DNA from: Alphaproteobacteria bacterium | Lineage (GTDB): Bacteria > Pseudomonadota > Alphaproteobacteria > RF32 > CAG-239 | Reading direction: 5' to 3' | DNA: 58,554 nucleotides | NCBI GenBank assembly: GCA_017479985.1 | Contig: JAFVBL010000031.1 | Coordinates: forward strand, 1 to 58,554 | Part shown: piece by piece, positions 36,131 to 47,578 of the stretch | Numbering within the stretch: the stretch's first letter is position 1 | How the letters are laid out: each line of letters starts with the position of its first letter | Position numbers and translations under genes: made by a program | Notes under the pieces: generated by a model | Told to the model about the DNA's origin: nothing | The model's database searches: none | What the model saw: the letters and a program-made list of their open reading frames with translations, nothing else

Positions 36131-36835
36131 GTGAGTAATTCGGGATTGCAGCATATCGCTTTTATTATGGACGGGAACCGTCGCTGGGCAAAACAGCGCG
36201 GTTTGCCTGTTGTGCAGGGTCATAAAAAAGGTGCGGATGTGTTGGTAGAAATTGCTGAGGCGGTCAGAGATGCCGGTATCAAATATATGACGGTATATGC
36301 GTTTTCTACCGAAAATTGGCAGCGTTCGGCAGAGGAAGTCGAACATCTGATGAATCTTTTGCGGCAATATTTGGATACCGGTTTCAAAAAATTGCAAGAA
36401 AGTGATGCGCGAATCGTCTTTATCGGCGAAAGAGAAATGCTGGCATCGGATATTACGGCAAAGATGGCGAAAATTGAGCGTGAAACGGCAGCGAATCAGT
36501 CGGTTACACTTTGCGTGGCACTCAGTTACGGCGGCAGACAGGAAATTGCGACCGCGGCAAGACGTGTGGCGGAAAAAGTGCAGAAAGGTGAACTTGCACC
36601 GGATGAGATTGATTGTAATTTGTTTGCAAAATATTTATATACGTCAGGGATTCCGGATCCGGATTTAATGGTTCGTACCGGCGGTGAAATGCGTGTCAGC
36701 AATTATTTGCCGTGGCAGCTTTCGTATAGTGAGTTTTATTTTTCAGACACATTGTGGCCTGATTTTAAAAAAGACGAGTTAATTCAAATTATCGGAGAAT
36801 ACAGCAAAAGGGAGAGAAGATATGGTAAGTCGTAA
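36131..36835 (+). CDS. uppS: Undecaprenyl diphosphate synthase
   Basis: HIAFIMDGNRRWA, FSTENW, YGGR and RTGGEMRVSNY. Confidence 0.96.
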   Translation: MSNSGLQHIAFIMDGNRRWAKQRGLPVVQGHKKGADVLVEIAEAVRDAGIKYMTVYAFSTENWQRSAEEVEHLMNLLRQYLDTGFKKLQESDARIVFIGEREMLASDITAKMAKIERETAANQSVTLCVALSYGGRQEIATAARRVAEKVQKGELAPDEIDCNLFAKYLYTSGIPDPDLMVRTGGEMRVSNYLPWQLSYSEFYFSDTLWPDFKKDELIQIIGEYSKRERRYGKS

Positions 36836-37730
36836 AACAGGAGCGATGATTAAAAGAATATTGGCGGCGGCGGTGATGATACCGATTGCGATTATTACGT
36901 TGTATATCGGCAGTCCGTATGTGGAAGTGTTGGCAATTACGGTTGGTGGTTTGCTCGCTTGGGAGTGGGCAAATATGCTTTCTGCACCGCATTCAACTTC
37001 GTATTATGTGACGGCGTATATGATGAGTTTGGCTACGGCTATTTGGGCATATAATTTTTCGGTGATTATACCGATGATTGCCATTATTTCTCTGTTTGTC
37101 TGGGCATTGGCCGAAAAAGAGAAACATCGCGGTTTATTGGTACTCGGCGTACCGTATATTTCCATCGGTGTTGCTTCCTTAATATGGATGTATCGCTCGT
37201 TTGACCCGAGTGCCGGTGATTTTGATCCGCGCTACAATTACAGCTTTATTATGACGGCTTGGTTTTTCTTGATGGTTTGGAGTATGGATATCGGCGGTTT
37301 GGTTGTCGGATGCAATGTGCGCGGTCCGAAGTTGGCGCCGACAATCAGCCCGAATAAAACGTGGTCCGGTTTTATCGGCGGTATTTTGCTTGCCGTTTCG
37401 GTCAGCATTATCTTTATGTATTTCTGCACGGCAATAATGGAAATTCCGTTTTATGATTTTGATAAATTCCGCTATATTTCTTTTTCGTATAAACCGCTCG
37501 GTGTGCGTTATGAATGGAATGTCAACAGTCAGATGTTTTATGCCATAATGGCGGTATTCATTGCGGTGTTGGCGCAAATCGGCGACTTAATCGAATCGGC
37601 CATTAAACGCAAAGTCGGGGTGAAAGATTCTTCCAAACTGATACCGGGGCACGGCGGTGTATTTGATCGTATCGACGGTTTAATTTTTGCATCGGCATTT
37701 ACATATTTGTTTTTTGCGTTGATTTTGTGA
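36822..37730 (+). CDS. cdsA: Phosphatidate cytidylyltransferase
   Basis: ISPNKTWSG, GDLIESAIKR and KDSSKLIPGHGGVFDRID. Confidence 0.95.
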   Translation: MVSRKTGAMIKRILAAAVMIPIAIITLYIGSPYVEVLAITVGGLLAWEWANMLSAPHSTSYYVTAYMMSLATAIWAYNFSVIIPMIAIISLFVWALAEKEKHRGLLVLGVPYISIGVASLIWMYRSFDPSAGDFDPRYNYSFIMTAWFFLMVWSMDIGGLVVGCNVRGPKLAPTISPNKTWSGFIGGILLAVSVSIIFMYFCTAIMEIPFYDFDKFRYISFSYKPLGVRYEWNVNSQMFYAIMAVFIAVLAQIGDLIESAIKRKVGVKDSSKLIPGHGGVFDRIDGLIFASAFTYLFFALIL

Positions 37731-37740
37731 GGTTGTCGAG

Positions 37741-39150
37741 ATGGCGATTTTAACAAATATTGTGTATTATATTGTTCCGTTTGTTGTTCTGCTTGGAATA
37801 CTGGTGTTTGTGCACGAGTTTGGGCATTTTCTGGCAGCGCGGCTGCTTGGGGTGAAAGTTGTGGCTTTTTCAATCGGTTTCGGCAAAAAAATATGGAGCC
37901 GGACAGATAAAAAAGGTACGTGTTGGCAGCTTGCGGCAATACCGCTCGGCGGATATTGTCAGTTTTTGGGCGATGCCGATGCCTCATCTTCAACGGTTGA
38001 CGGAACATTGGAAAATCTTACGGAAGAAGAGAAAAAAGGAGCTTTCCCGTTGCAAAAAACGTGGAAGAAAATACTGATTGTCGTGGCGGGACCGTTGTTT
38101 AACTATTTGTTTGCGGTGTTGCTGTTCTGCGGAATTTTTTGGATGTACGGCAAAATGATATATCCGGCGGTTGTCGGTGAAGTTTCGGAAAACAGTGCGG
38201 CACAAAAAGCCGGCATTATGGCAGGTGATAAAATTATCAGCGTTGACGGTGTCGAAGTTGTGGATTTTATGGCTTTGAGCAATGCTATCCAGATGCTGAC
38301 CGAAAATACGGCGGAAGTTGTAATCGAACGTCCGATGAGTGTTAAATTACAACCGGAAATTGTTGAAGCCTGCGGTGAAAATGCGCCGACAAAACTTCTC
38401 GGAGTCAGCGGTCAGATTGTCGAGAGCAATGATGCGGCAGCCGAAAAAATTGTTTTGCCGATAATTAACAAAGTATTGCCGAATAGTCCGGCACAGAAAG
38501 CCGGATTGCAAAAAGGTGATACGCTTGACGCAGTCGATGGAAAAAAACTCGATTTGTTCAAAGAGTTAAAGGAATATGTGACAGCTCACCAAGATGATGA
38601 AATCGAATTGCAATATCATCGCCGTATGGTGCTGGCCGTGCATTGGGATGACGCAGATTTAAACGAGGATAAAAGCACTCAACAGCATCGTTTGTTGGGT
38701 GTGAAGTCAAAACCGGAATTGACGGCGGCAGAGACATATACGTTTCCGCAGGCGGTTGCTGCCGGTGTTAAAGAAACTTATGACATTACCGCAATGACTT
38801 TGCAGGGTGTCTGGCAAATGATAACCGGTCGCCGCGGTGGTGAAGATGTCGGCGGAATTATCAGAATTGCCGAATTGTCCGGAGATGTCAGCAAAACCGG
38901 CGGACTTCTCGGATTTGTTTATTTTATGGCCTTGATTTCAGTAAATTTGGGATTGATTAACCTGTTTCCGATTCCTGTTCTGGATGGCGGAAATTTGGTG
39001 ATTTTCCTGATAGAACTGTTGATAGGTCGTGAGCTTAAACCAAATGTTAAGGATTATATCTTTAAGTTTGGGTTATTGGTCGTTTTGGCTCTTATGGTGT
39101 TTGCGACGTGGAATGATATCGTGCACCTGATTGGCCGTATTTTTAATTGA
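37741..39150 (+). CDS. rseP: RIP metalloprotease RseP (two PDZ domains)
   Basis: HEFGH, AGP and NLFPIPVLDGG. Confidence 0.96.
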   Translation: MAILTNIVYYIVPFVVLLGILVFVHEFGHFLAARLLGVKVVAFSIGFGKKIWSRTDKKGTCWQLAAIPLGGYCQFLGDADASSSTVDGTLENLTEEEKKGAFPLQKTWKKILIVVAGPLFNYLFAVLLFCGIFWMYGKMIYPAVVGEVSENSAAQKAGIMAGDKIISVDGVEVVDFMALSNAIQMLTENTAEVVIERPMSVKLQPEIVEACGENAPTKLLGVSGQIVESNDAAAEKIVLPIINKVLPNSPAQKAGLQKGDTLDAVDGKKLDLFKELKEYVTAHQDDEIELQYHRRMVLAVHWDDADLNEDKSTQQHRLLGVKSKPELTAAETYTFPQAVAAGVKETYDITAMTLQGVWQMITGRRGGEDVGGIIRIAELSGDVSKTGGLLGFVYFMALISVNLGLINLFPIPVLDGGNLVIFLIELLIGRELKPNVKDYIFKFGLLVVLALMVFATWNDIVHLIGRIFN

Positions 39151-39164
39151 TGAGGAATAATACA

Positions 39165-41429
39165 ATGAAAAAAGGAATATATGCCGGATTATTGATGAGC
39201 TGGATTGCATTTCAGGCAAATGCTGCCGGATACTATGTGAAAAACATAGAAGTCAATGGTTTGCAACGTGTGGAAAAAGAAACGGTTTTGGCGTACTTAA
39301 ACTTGAAACAAAATCGCAATATTTCGCAAGACGAACTTGACAATTCTTTTAAGAATCTGTATGCAACCGGTTTGTTCAGCGATATTGACTTTGATGTTTC
39401 GGATAAAAATACGCTTAAAATCAATGTTAAGGAAAATCCGATTATCGGTAAGCGTGCGTTTGATGGTAATGATAAAATCGCCGACAGAACACTTGAAAGC
39501 GAAGTGCAGTTGGGTCCGCGTTCAATTTATGACAAAGCAAAGGTTCAGCAAGATGTTCAGCGCATTTTGGATGTTTATCGCAAAACAGGGCGTTATGCCG
39601 TGACCGTTGAGCCGAAAATTATCGAACGTGAAGATAACCGCGTTGATTTGATTTATGAAATTGATGAGGGTACGGCGGCAAAAATTGATAAAATCAATTT
39701 TATCGGCAATACGCACTACAGCAATTCCGATTTGCGTGATGAGATTATGAGCCGCGAGAGCCGTTGGTATCGTTTCTTCAGCTCGGCAGATGAATATGAT
39801 GCCGAAAAAATGGATTACGATAAAGAAATGCTGCGCCGCTTTTATACAACGCACGGTTATGCTGACTTTAACGTTGAATCGGCGGTTGCCGAACTCAGTG
39901 ACGACAATAAATCTTTTATTTTGACTTTTACGGTTGATGAAGGTCCGCGTTATGAAGTTCGCAATATCAATATTATTTCACAGGTGGAAGGTGTAAATAC
40001 CGACAGATTGTATAAAGATGTGGAGTTCTCCAAAGGAGATTGGTATAATTCGGAAGATGTTGAAAAATCCATTTCGGCAATGACTGAAAGATTGGGTAAA
40101 AAAGGCTTTGCTTTTGTTGATGTGGTGACAGATTTGAATCGTGATGTGGTTGACGGCAAAGGTAAGGTTGATGTGACATTTATTGTCAATGAGAGCGAAC
40201 GTATGTTTGTGAACCGTATTAACATTACCGGAAATGATCGCACGATGGACGAGGTTATTCGCCGCGAGTTCAGAATAGACGAGGGCGATGCGCTTAATAT
40301 TTCAAAATTGCGTGATTCCCGCCGTAATATCGAGAATCTGAATTATTTCAGCAAGGTTGATATGCAAACCGATGTTATTTCGGATAATAAAGTCAATATT
40401 AACACAGTTGTTGAAGAAAAATCGACCGGTTATTTTAATGTCGGTGTGGGATATTCGACAACAAACGGTGCGTTGGTCAGAGCCGGTATTGTGGAAAATA
40501 ACTTCCGCGGTAAGGGACAGGAACTCGGATTTAATGTCGGCGTTTCCGAAAAGAACAAAGATTACAGCATCAGCTTTACGGAGCCGTATTTCTTGGGACG
40601 CCGTCTGAGCGCCGGTATCGATTTATTTATGGAAGATCAGGATTATGAAGATGAGGCATCGTATGATACACGTACAATCGGCGGCCGTACACGTTTCGGG
40701 TGGAAATATACCGACAGACTGTATCACTTTGTACGCTATAATCTGAGTGAAAACGAAATTAAAAATGTTAAAGATTACGCTTCTGAATTTGTGAAGGCGG
40801 AAGAAGGCAAAGCAACGACATCTTCTGTCGGTCAAACATTGGTGTATGATAAACGCGACAGCTCGGTGAATCCGAAAGAAGGGTATTATGTTTCTCTCGG
40901 ACACGATATTTCCGGTTTGGGCGGAGATACAAAGTATAATAAATTCGATGTGAAACTTTCCAAATTCTATACGGTGTTTGATCATTATACTTTCAGATTT
41001 TTCGCAAACGGCGGATATATTGCGGGGTACGGCGGAAAAGATGTCAGAATGTCTGACCGTTATTACTTGGGCGGTGCGAATATGCGCGGTTTCGAATCGG
41101 CCGGTATCGGTGCACGCGACCGCAGAACGGGTGATGCGTTGGGCGGTAATTGGATGGTATATTCCGGTACCGAGTTGACTTTCCCAATCGGTTTGGACGA
41201 ACTCGGCGTGAAAGGACGCTTGTTCTGGGATGTCGGTACCATCGGCAAGCCGGATAATTTTGATGAATACAAAATTGCTTATTCAGGTTTGGTCAGACAA
41301 TCTGTCGGTTTCGGTTTTGACTGGCTGTCACCGATGGGAAGAATTAACCTTGATTTCGGTTTCCCGATTGTTAAGACGGATTATGATGAAAAAGAAGTGT
41401 TCCGTTTGAACTTCGGTACCAGTCTGTAA
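39165..41429 (+). CDS. bamA: Outer membrane protein assembly factor BamA
   Basis: POTRA repeats, MRGF loop and C-terminal FRLNFGTSL. Start ATG 39165 after GAGGA. Confidence 0.96.
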   Translation: MKKGIYAGLLMSWIAFQANAAGYYVKNIEVNGLQRVEKETVLAYLNLKQNRNISQDELDNSFKNLYATGLFSDIDFDVSDKNTLKINVKENPIIGKRAFDGNDKIADRTLESEVQLGPRSIYDKAKVQQDVQRILDVYRKTGRYAVTVEPKIIEREDNRVDLIYEIDEGTAAKIDKINFIGNTHYSNSDLRDEIMSRESRWYRFFSSADEYDAEKMDYDKEMLRRFYTTHGYADFNVESAVAELSDDNKSFILTFTVDEGPRYEVRNINIISQVEGVNTDRLYKDVEFSKGDWYNSEDVEKSISAMTERLGKKGFAFVDVVTDLNRDVVDGKGKVDVTFIVNESERMFVNRINITGNDRTMDEVIRREFRIDEGDALNISKLRDSRRNIENLNYFSKVDMQTDVISDNKVNINTVVEEKSTGYFNVGVGYSTTNGALVRAGIVENNFRGKGQELGFNVGVSEKNKDYSISFTEPYFLGRRLSAGIDLFMEDQDYEDEASYDTRTIGGRTRFGWKYTDRLYHFVRYNLSENEIKNVKDYASEFVKAEEGKATTSSVGQTLVYDKRDSSVNPKEGYYVSLGHDISGLGGDTKYNKFDVKLSKFYTVFDHYTFRFFANGGYIAGYGGKDVRMSDRYYLGGANMRGFESAGIGARDRRTGDALGGNWMVYSGTELTFPIGLDELGVKGRLFWDVGTIGKPDNFDEYKIAYSGLVRQSVGFGFDWLSPMGRINLDFGFPIVKTDYDEKEVFRLNFGTSL

Positions 41430-41439
41430 GGGGAAAAAT

Positions 41440-42453
41440 ATGGTAGATAAGCATTTTTATGATGCAAAAGAAAACGTGACTTTGGCTCAGACGGCTGAAG
41501 TCACGTCTGCCGTTTTGACAGATGCATCACAGGGCAATACAACGATTGCCGGTATTGCGACAATGAGCTCGGCCGGTGCAGAGGATATTTGCTTTTTTTA
41601 TGACCGTAAAAATAAAGAAAAAGCAATGCAAATGCAGGCAAAAGCCTGTGTGACAACCGAAGAACTAAAGCAATTTGTGCCGGCAAACGTAATTGTTTTG
41701 ATTAGTGAGAATCCTAAGCTTGCATTTATTAAACTCAATGAATTTATGTATGCGGAAAGAAAGCCGGCAGCAGGGGTTGCTGCAAGTGCGAAAATTGCCG
41801 CAAGTGCCAGAATAGGGAAAAATTGTTTTGTCGGCGAAAATGTCGTTATCGGTGAAAATGTTGAAGTGGGTGATAATTGCGTCATTGAGGCAAACACGGT
41901 TATCGCTCAGGGGTGTAAAATCGGCAACAACTGTCGAATCGGCAACAATGCTTCAATTGCGTACAGTTTCATCGGCAATAATTGCTATATTTATACCGGC
42001 GCGCGAATCGGTCAGGACGGTTTCGGATTCCAGCTGATTGGCGGACAACATCATCGTATTCCGCAACTCGGACGTGTTATTGTCGGCAATGATGTGGAAA
42101 TCGGTGCTAACACCTGTATAGACCGTGGGGCGCTTGATGATACGGTTATCGGCGATGGTACGCGAATCGATAATCTGGTGCAGATTGCGCATAATGATAA
42201 GCTTGGACGCGGTTGTGTTATTGTATCGCAAGTCGGTATTGCCGGCAGCTGTACACTCGGAGACTATGTGGTGTTGGGCGGTCAGGTCGGTCTTGCAGAC
42301 CATCTGAATATCGGAAGCGGTGCGCAAGTGGCGGCACAATCGGGTGCTATGCGCGACATCGATGCCGGTGCTGTGGTTATGGGCAGTCCGTGCGTACCGT
42401 TTAAGGACTATATGCGTCAAGTTTCGTTTTTACAGAAAAATTCAAAAAAATAG
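41440..42453 (+). CDS. lpxD: UDP-3-O-acylglucosamine N-acyltransferase
   Basis: Hexapeptide repeats, [17 protein letters not shown] and DNLVQIAHN. Confidence 0.96.
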   Translation: MVDKHFYDAKENVTLAQTAEVTSAVLTDASQGNTTIAGIATMSSAGAEDICFFYDRKNKEKAMQMQAKACVTTEELKQFVPANVIVLISENPKLAFIKLNEFMYAERKPAAGVAASAKIAASARIGKNCFVGENVVIGENVEVGDNCVIEANTVIAQGCKIGNNCRIGNNASIAYSFIGNNCYIYTGARIGQDGFGFQLIGGQHHRIPQLGRVIVGNDVEIGANTCIDRGALDDTVIGDGTRIDNLVQIAHNDKLGRGCVIVSQVGIAGSCTLGDYVVLGGQVGLADHLNIGSGAQVAAQSGAMRDIDAGAVVMGSPCVPFKDYMRQVSFLQKNSKK

Positions 42454-42465
42454 AGGTTCAAAACA

Positions 42466-42918
42466 ATGGAAGAAAAAGTTTATAATATTGATGAAATTAT
42501 GAAAATGCTGCCGCATCGCTATCCGTTTTTGTTGGTGGACAGACTGATTGTGGAAGAGCCGGGAGAAAAGGGTATCGGTATTAAAAATCTGACGATGAAC
42601 GAGTTGTTTTTTCAAGGACATTTCCCAGGCAATCCGATTATGCCGGGGGTGTTGCAGATTGAAGCAATGGCACAGGCGGCCGGTTGTATTGTGATGGCGG
42701 CGGAAGGCGACTATGAAACAAATAAACGCAGTGTGCTTTTTATGTCTGTTGACGGTGTAAAGTTTCGTAAGCCGGTGCGGCCGGGAGACCAACTCAAAAT
42801 GCATTTGGAAAAGGTTAAAGTACGTCATAATATCTTTGTGTTCAAAGGTGTATCCAAAGTTGATGACCAAGTGGTGTCAGAAGCAGAATTGACCGCAATG
42901 ATTATCGGCGACAAATAA
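42466..42918 (+). CDS. fabZ: 3-hydroxyacyl-ACP dehydratase
   Basis: LPHRYPFLLVD and FQGHFP..PIMPGVL..EAMAQ. Confidence 0.97.
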   Translation: MEEKVYNIDEIMKMLPHRYPFLLVDRLIVEEPGEKGIGIKNLTMNELFFQGHFPGNPIMPGVLQIEAMAQAAGCIVMAAEGDYETNKRSVLFMSVDGVKFRKPVRPGDQLKMHLEKVKVRHNIFVFKGVSKVDDQVVSEAELTAMIIGDK

Positions 42919-42936
42919 TCGGAAAAGATAACTTTG

Positions 42937-42979
42937 GCAGGCTTTTATCGGATAATGATAGGAGCCTGTTTTTGTTTTT
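42937..42979 (+). terminator. Intrinsic terminator after fabZ
   Basis: GGCAGGCTTTTATC / GATAGGAGCCTGTT stem plus T tract. Confidence 0.7.
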
Positions 42980-43071
42980 AGGAATCAAAAAAAATAAAAC
43001 ATCTTGACAAAAAACTTGCAAATCGGTTTTAAACGTGATATGATGATAAAAAATGTAAAAGGAGTAATGAT

Positions 43072-43326
43072 ATGAGAAAGAAAATTGCGGAAATACAGCC
43101 GGAAAATAATACCTCTGCTTTGCGTCGTGTCAAAGAGACCGTTAAAAGGGCAATGCATAAGGTAGGCGAAGTGCTTGATGATTTGGGAAATCCGAATAAG
43201 CATATTGATAATCCGGATGGATTAAAATATTATGAAAAAGAAGGATTTGCGGAAAAACGCGAGGCTGAAATTGCTGCGCAAATAGCTGCTTATAAGGACA
43301 AAGGCGATAAAGGGATTGATTATTAA
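43072..43326 (+). CDS. Small hypothetical charged protein
   Basis: AAGGAG RBS and an upstream TTGACA. 84 aa. Confidence 0.65.
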   Translation: MRKKIAEIQPENNTSALRRVKETVKRAMHKVGEVLDDLGNPNKHIDNPDGLKYYEKEGFAEKREAEIAAQIAAYKDKGDKGIDY

Positions 43327-43363
43327 GTTTTGCTTTTTGTTAAGTTTCTTAAAAGGGCGAGAG

Positions 43364-44248
43364 TTAATTCTCGTCCTTTATTGCATTGGCGCCGGAAATA
43401 ACGTCTATCAGCTCTCCGGTAATTTCTTCTTGCCGTTGTTGCTGATATTCCAAATCCATCTCTTCCAGATTTTCATCGATATTTTTTTCAGCATTTTGCA
43501 TATTGGTCATACGTGTAAAATGCTCGGCAGCCAATGAGGAATTGAGGCATTTTGCTAATTCAATTGTCAGTGATTCTTTTAAAAGAGCGGCAAACATTTC
43601 GGTCGGCTTGGACGGCACCATCGGAATATTGTTTGTTTCCCACTTTTTGCGGCGCAACTGCTGCAGACGTTCTACGTCAATCGGCAGGAGTTTCTTGGTT
43701 TTCATTTCTACCGATGCATTTTTTCGGCGTTGATGATAGCAGACGTAAACATCGGATATGCGGTTTTGGCGGATTGCTGTATCGATGCGGATTATTGCCT
43801 GCTCGGCCAAAGAAATAATCGATTTTACCGAGTTGGATGCAGCAAATCCCGACACAATGGCGAATTTTGCCTGTTCTGCCAAAACGGAAAGACGTTTACC
43901 GACAGTGATAAAATATGTGTCTGCAAGGTTGATGTTTTGAGTTTTGATGAAATCTTTGACGTTTTCCGTAAGTTCACGATTAAAACGTCCGACCATACCG
44001 TTGTCCGAGCCAATCAGTATGAATAAGTATCGCGGGTGTGTACGCGGCGGAGTTGTCAGGTTCGGAATGTGGTTATGAATGGCGAGTGCGTGAAAAGCAT
44101 CGCGCAGATTACGCCGATATTCACGCAGTACGGTATTGGCCTGTTCGTATTGCAAAATGCTTACGGACGACAGTGTTTTCATATTACTGACGATTTCACG
44201 TAAGTCTTTGGTGGTTTTAATTTTGCGTTGCAGGGCTTCGGCAGGCAT
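43364..44248 (-). CDS. atpG: N-ATPase gamma subunit
   Basis: GSDNGMVGRFN, EHFTRM and RQEEITGEL. Confidence 0.93.
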   Translation of the reverse strand: MPAEALQRKIKTTKDLREIVSNMKTLSSVSILQYEQANTVLREYRRNLRDAFHALAIHNHIPNLTTPPRTHPRYLFILIGSDNGMVGRFNRELTENVKDFIKTQNINLADTYFITVGKRLSVLAEQAKFAIVSGFAASNSVKSIISLAEQAIIRIDTAIRQNRISDVYVCYHQRRKNASVEMKTKKLLPIDVERLQQLRRKKWETNNIPMVPSKPTEMFAALLKESLTIELAKCLNSSLAAEHFTRMTNMQNAEKNIDENLEEMDLEYQQQRQEEITGELIDVISGANAIKDEN

Positions 44249-44250
44249 TG

Positions 44251-45753
44251 TTATTCTCCGTTTTGCAACACGGCGGCAAAGGTTTGCAGCATCTTATCCA
44301 GTTCGGTGTCGGTCAGCTTTTGCCGTGCCGATATTTTTTGTTCCAATGCACCGAAACGTGTGTTAAAAACGCGTAATACGGTTGTTTGTGCCGCGGCTGT
44401 CTGCTCGGTATTCATAGAGTCAAACAAGCCTGCGTTGGTTGCGGCAAATACGGCAATTTGCTCGGCTGCCGACAGCAGATTGAACCGGCGTTGTTGCAGA
44501 ATCTGACGTACGGCTTGTCCGCGGGAAATTCGCTGCTGCGTTTCTTTATCGAGTTGGGTGCCGAATTTGGTAAACGATTCCAGTTCTTCAAACTGTGCAT
44601 AAAACAGTTTAAGCGGTCCGACGACTGATTTATATGCCGGAAGCTGTGCATCACCGCCGACACGTGATACGGACTTTCCTGTGTCGATTGCCGGCATCAG
44701 TCCTTTTTGAAACATTGGTGCCGAAAGATAGATTTGTCCGTCGGTAATCGAAATAATGTTGGTCGGAATATAGGCGGAAATATTGCCGGCTTCCGTACAT
44801 ACAATCGGCAGAGCTGTCAGTGAACCGCCGCCTTTCTGTGCGCTGAGTTTGGTGGCGCGTTCCAAAAGTCGGGAGTGAATATAGAAAATATCGCCCGGAT
44901 AAGCTTCCCGTCCCGGCGGCCGTCTGAGCAACAGCGACATTTGTCGATAGGCGCGGGCGTGGTTGGTTAAATCATCATACACCACGAGAACATCACGCCC
45001 TTTCTCCATAAAATATTCACCGATAGATGTTGCGGCATAAGGGGCAATAAACTGCATACCGGCCTCGTCGTCGGCGGTTGCCGAAACAATAATTGTTTGC
45101 GCGCTTACGCCATACTTTTGTAAATCGTCAATGACGCTTGCCACTGCCGAATTTCGTTGGCCGACGGCGCAATAAATGCAAATGACGCCGTTGCCTTTTT
45201 GATTGATGATTGCGTCGAGTGCAATGGCAGTTTTACCTGTCTGCCGGTCACCGAGAATCAGCTCGCGTTGACCGCGTCCGATCGGTGTAAAGGCATCTAC
45301 GGCTTTAATTCCTGTTTGCAACGGTGTATCAACCGGCGCACGGTCCATAATCGGCACGGCTTCAACTTCTACCGGACGGCGTTCATCATAAGCATACGGT
45401 CCTCTGCCGTCAAGCGGTTCGCCGAGCGGGTTAATGACACGGCCGAGCATATTTTCACTCACAGGTACATCTAAAACGTGTCCGGTACGGGTGACGCGGT
45501 CGCCGGCCTTGATTAAATCCGGATTGTCCAGAAACACAACACCGACCGAATTGCGATTCAGTGTTTGCACCATTCCCTGAACATTGTGCGGAAAACTCAG
45601 CATCTCGTCCATTTGCGCATTTTCCAAGCCGCTGACAACGGCGGTGCCGGCGGAGATTGACTGAACGATGCTGACTTCTTCTTTTTTCAGTTCGGCCTCG
45701 GTTGCGTCAATTGTCTGTGCGATTGCTTCAAAAGCCTGCTTTGACTTAATCAT
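44251..45753 (-). CDS. atpA: N-ATPase alpha subunit
   Basis: GDRQTGKT, YDDL, PPGREAYPGD and ITDGQI. Confidence 0.97.
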   Translation of the reverse strand: MIKSKQAFEAIAQTIDATEAELKKEEVSIVQSISAGTAVVSGLENAQMDEMLSFPHNVQGMVQTLNRNSVGVVFLDNPDLIKAGDRVTRTGHVLDVPVSENMLGRVINPLGEPLDGRGPYAYDERRPVEVEAVPIMDRAPVDTPLQTGIKAVDAFTPIGRGQRELILGDRQTGKTAIALDAIINQKGNGVICIYCAVGQRNSAVASVIDDLQKYGVSAQTIIVSATADDEAGMQFIAPYAATSIGEYFMEKGRDVLVVYDDLTNHARAYRQMSLLLRRPPGREAYPGDIFYIHSRLLERATKLSAQKGGGSLTALPIVCTEAGNISAYIPTNIISITDGQIYLSAPMFQKGLMPAIDTGKSVSRVGGDAQLPAYKSVVGPLKLFYAQFEELESFTKFGTQLDKETQQRISRGQAVRQILQQRRFNLLSAAEQIAVFAATNAGLFDSMNTEQTAAAQTTVLRVFNTRFGALEQKISARQKLTDTELDKMLQTFAAVLQNGE

Positions 45754-46529
45754 TTTTCACCTCTGCTTAAGAGTTGTTGCACGGTTTTATTCATATTCTG
45801 CCGAAATTCAAGCAAATAGTTTTCAAAATTCCACGCCACGAGCTGTTCGTCGGCAATGATGCAAACGCCGCCGATAAGTTCGGGCTTTGTTTCGTACACA
45901 AATTCTGTATCTGTATGGAGTAACAGGTTTTTGCGTAAAAATTCTTCAAGTTCGGTTCGGAGTTTTTTATCCAACTGCAACGCCGATTGAATCTCAATTT
46001 GCTTTTTTGGCGCAAAAGCATTGATATATTCTTGCTTGTCGGTGACGGATAATGCCGAAATTTTCTGCATCAGCCGATTTACGGCGGCTTTGTTTAAATC
46101 GACATCGGCAAGCTGTTGCATTGCCTTATATGCAAACAAATTGAAATATTGTGCCGCCGCTTTTTGCACGGATAAATCAAAATTTTGTTGTTCTGATTCC
46201 AAGCGTTTGCGCCATTGTTCACGTTTTTGTCGATATTCTTCTTCAGCCTTTTGTTTAAGTTCTTCTGCCAATACGGTTGCATCCTGCTGCGCTTTTTCGA
46301 GTATTTTCTGTTTCTTTTTTTCTAAGCGCTGAGCTGTTGCCAAACTTGCCGTTTCTGCTTGAACGGCCTTCTGTCGGGCATCTTCGGCTGCACTGATTTC
46401 ATCGGCAATCAGCTTTTGCCGCGCTTCTACGGCTTTCAATACCGGCAAATATAAGAATTTGCGCAACAAAAACAGCAAAATAAGCAGGTTTAAAATCTGC
46501 GCAATCAGCGTGAACACATCAATTTCCAT
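45750..46529 (-). CDS. atpF: N-ATPase b subunit (extended, delta-like C-terminus)
   Basis: N-terminal TM AQILNLLILL, a coiled coil and C-terminal PELIGG. Confidence 0.9.
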   Translation of the reverse strand: MEIDVFTLIAQILNLLILLFLLRKFLYLPVLKAVEARQKLIADEISAAEDARQKAVQAETASLATAQRLEKKKQKILEKAQQDATVLAEELKQKAEEEYRQKREQWRKRLESEQQNFDLSVQKAAAQYFNLFAYKAMQQLADVDLNKAAVNRLMQKISALSVTDKQEYINAFAPKKQIEIQSALQLDKKLRTELEEFLRKNLLLHTDTEFVYETKPELIGGVCIIADEQLVAWNFENYLLEFRQNMNKTVQQLLSRGEK

Positions 46530-46548
46530 CGTCCCTCACTTTAATTTG

Positions 46549-46818
46549 CTATTGGTTGACGGCATAGTTCCAAAACGGATTGGCGTAAAGTGCCAAAAAG
46601 GCAATCAATAATGCGTATAACGCCGTTGTTTCGAGCATTGCCAATGTTACAAACATTGTTGAACGGATACGTCCGGCCTCGTCCGGCTGCTGTGCCATTG
46701 CCGTCAGAGCGGCCGCCGCTGCCTGTCCTTCACCGAGAGCCGAGCCCAAGCTGCCGATACCCATACAGATGCAAGCTCCCAAAACCGAAACAGCACCGAT
46801 AATTGCATAAGAATCCAT
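46549..46818 (-). CDS. atpE: N-ATPase c subunit with Na+-type ligands
   Basis: ALGEG, QQPDE loop, ETTALY and ANPF. Confidence 0.95.
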   Translation of the reverse strand: MDSYAIIGAVSVLGACICMGIGSLGSALGEGQAAAAALTAMAQQPDEAGRIRSTMFVTLAMLETTALYALLIAFLALYANPFWNYAVNQ

Positions 46819-46843
46819 AGTTTTTCTCCTTTTCTTTTATAAA

Positions 46844-47578
46844 TTAAACTTTCTCGTTTTCCGCACGTACGCTTGACGTATAAACAAGCGCCAGCAGTGC
46901 GAAAATATATGCCTGAATCGAACCCGTCAACAAACCTAAAGTCTGCATTGTCAGCGGAGCCACAAACGGAATGAACGCGCTTAGAATCCCCGCAAACATT
47001 ACACCGCTCAGCATATTGCCGAACAAACGCAACCCCATTGCAAATACCGAAAACACTTCGCTGAAAATGTTCATCGGCAATAACAACGGAACCGGTTCGA
47101 TAAATTTTTTCAAATATCCCTTTATTCCGGCGTTTTTAACCGAAAAATACGGAATGGCAATAAATACCGTCAGTGCCAACGCCATTGTAGTGCTTAATGA
47201 AGCGGTCGGCGGGCGGAACCACGGAATAAAGGTCAGCAGATTTGCCGTAAAAATAAAACAAAACAATCCGAGTGCCATCTGAAAGTAGCCGTTTTGTGCC
47301 GAACCGCTGGTTTCTTTGGATTCTTTTTGCATCCAGAGTACCAGCATCTCAAGCAAAGTCTGCAATTTTGAAACATCTTTACCGTGACTTATATGTCGTG
47401 TGGCAAGCATTGATACAAGCGTAATTACCGCAATCACAATCCAAGAATTGAAAATAGTGACATTGATATCGAAATTGCCGATTGAAATCAGCTTAATCGC
47501 ATCAAAACTTTCCAAACCGATGGCCTTATCAGACCACGGCAAATCAAGCCAATGTGAAAAATCTGCTTCAAAGTTCAT
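46844..47578 (-). CDS. atpB: N-ATPase a subunit
   Basis: PPTASLSTT, LRLFGNM and IQAYIF. Start moved to ATG 47578. Confidence 0.95.
   Translation of the reverse strand: MNFEADFSHWLDLPWSDKAIGLESFDAIKLISIGNFDINVTIFNSWIVIAVITLVSMLATRHISHGKDVSKLQTLLEMLVLWMQKESKETSGSAQNGYFQMALGLFCFIFTANLLTFIPWFRPPTASLSTTMALALTVFIAIPYFSVKNAGIKGYLKKFIEPVPLLLPMNIFSEVFSVFAMGLRLFGNMLSGVMFAGILSAFIPFVAPLTMQTLGLLTGSIQAYIFALLALVYTSSVRAENEKV

Noticed and set aside
41760-42400. Periodic ATCGG/GTCGG repeats in lpxD
   Set aside because: They encode the normal hexapeptide repeats of the left-handed beta-helix.
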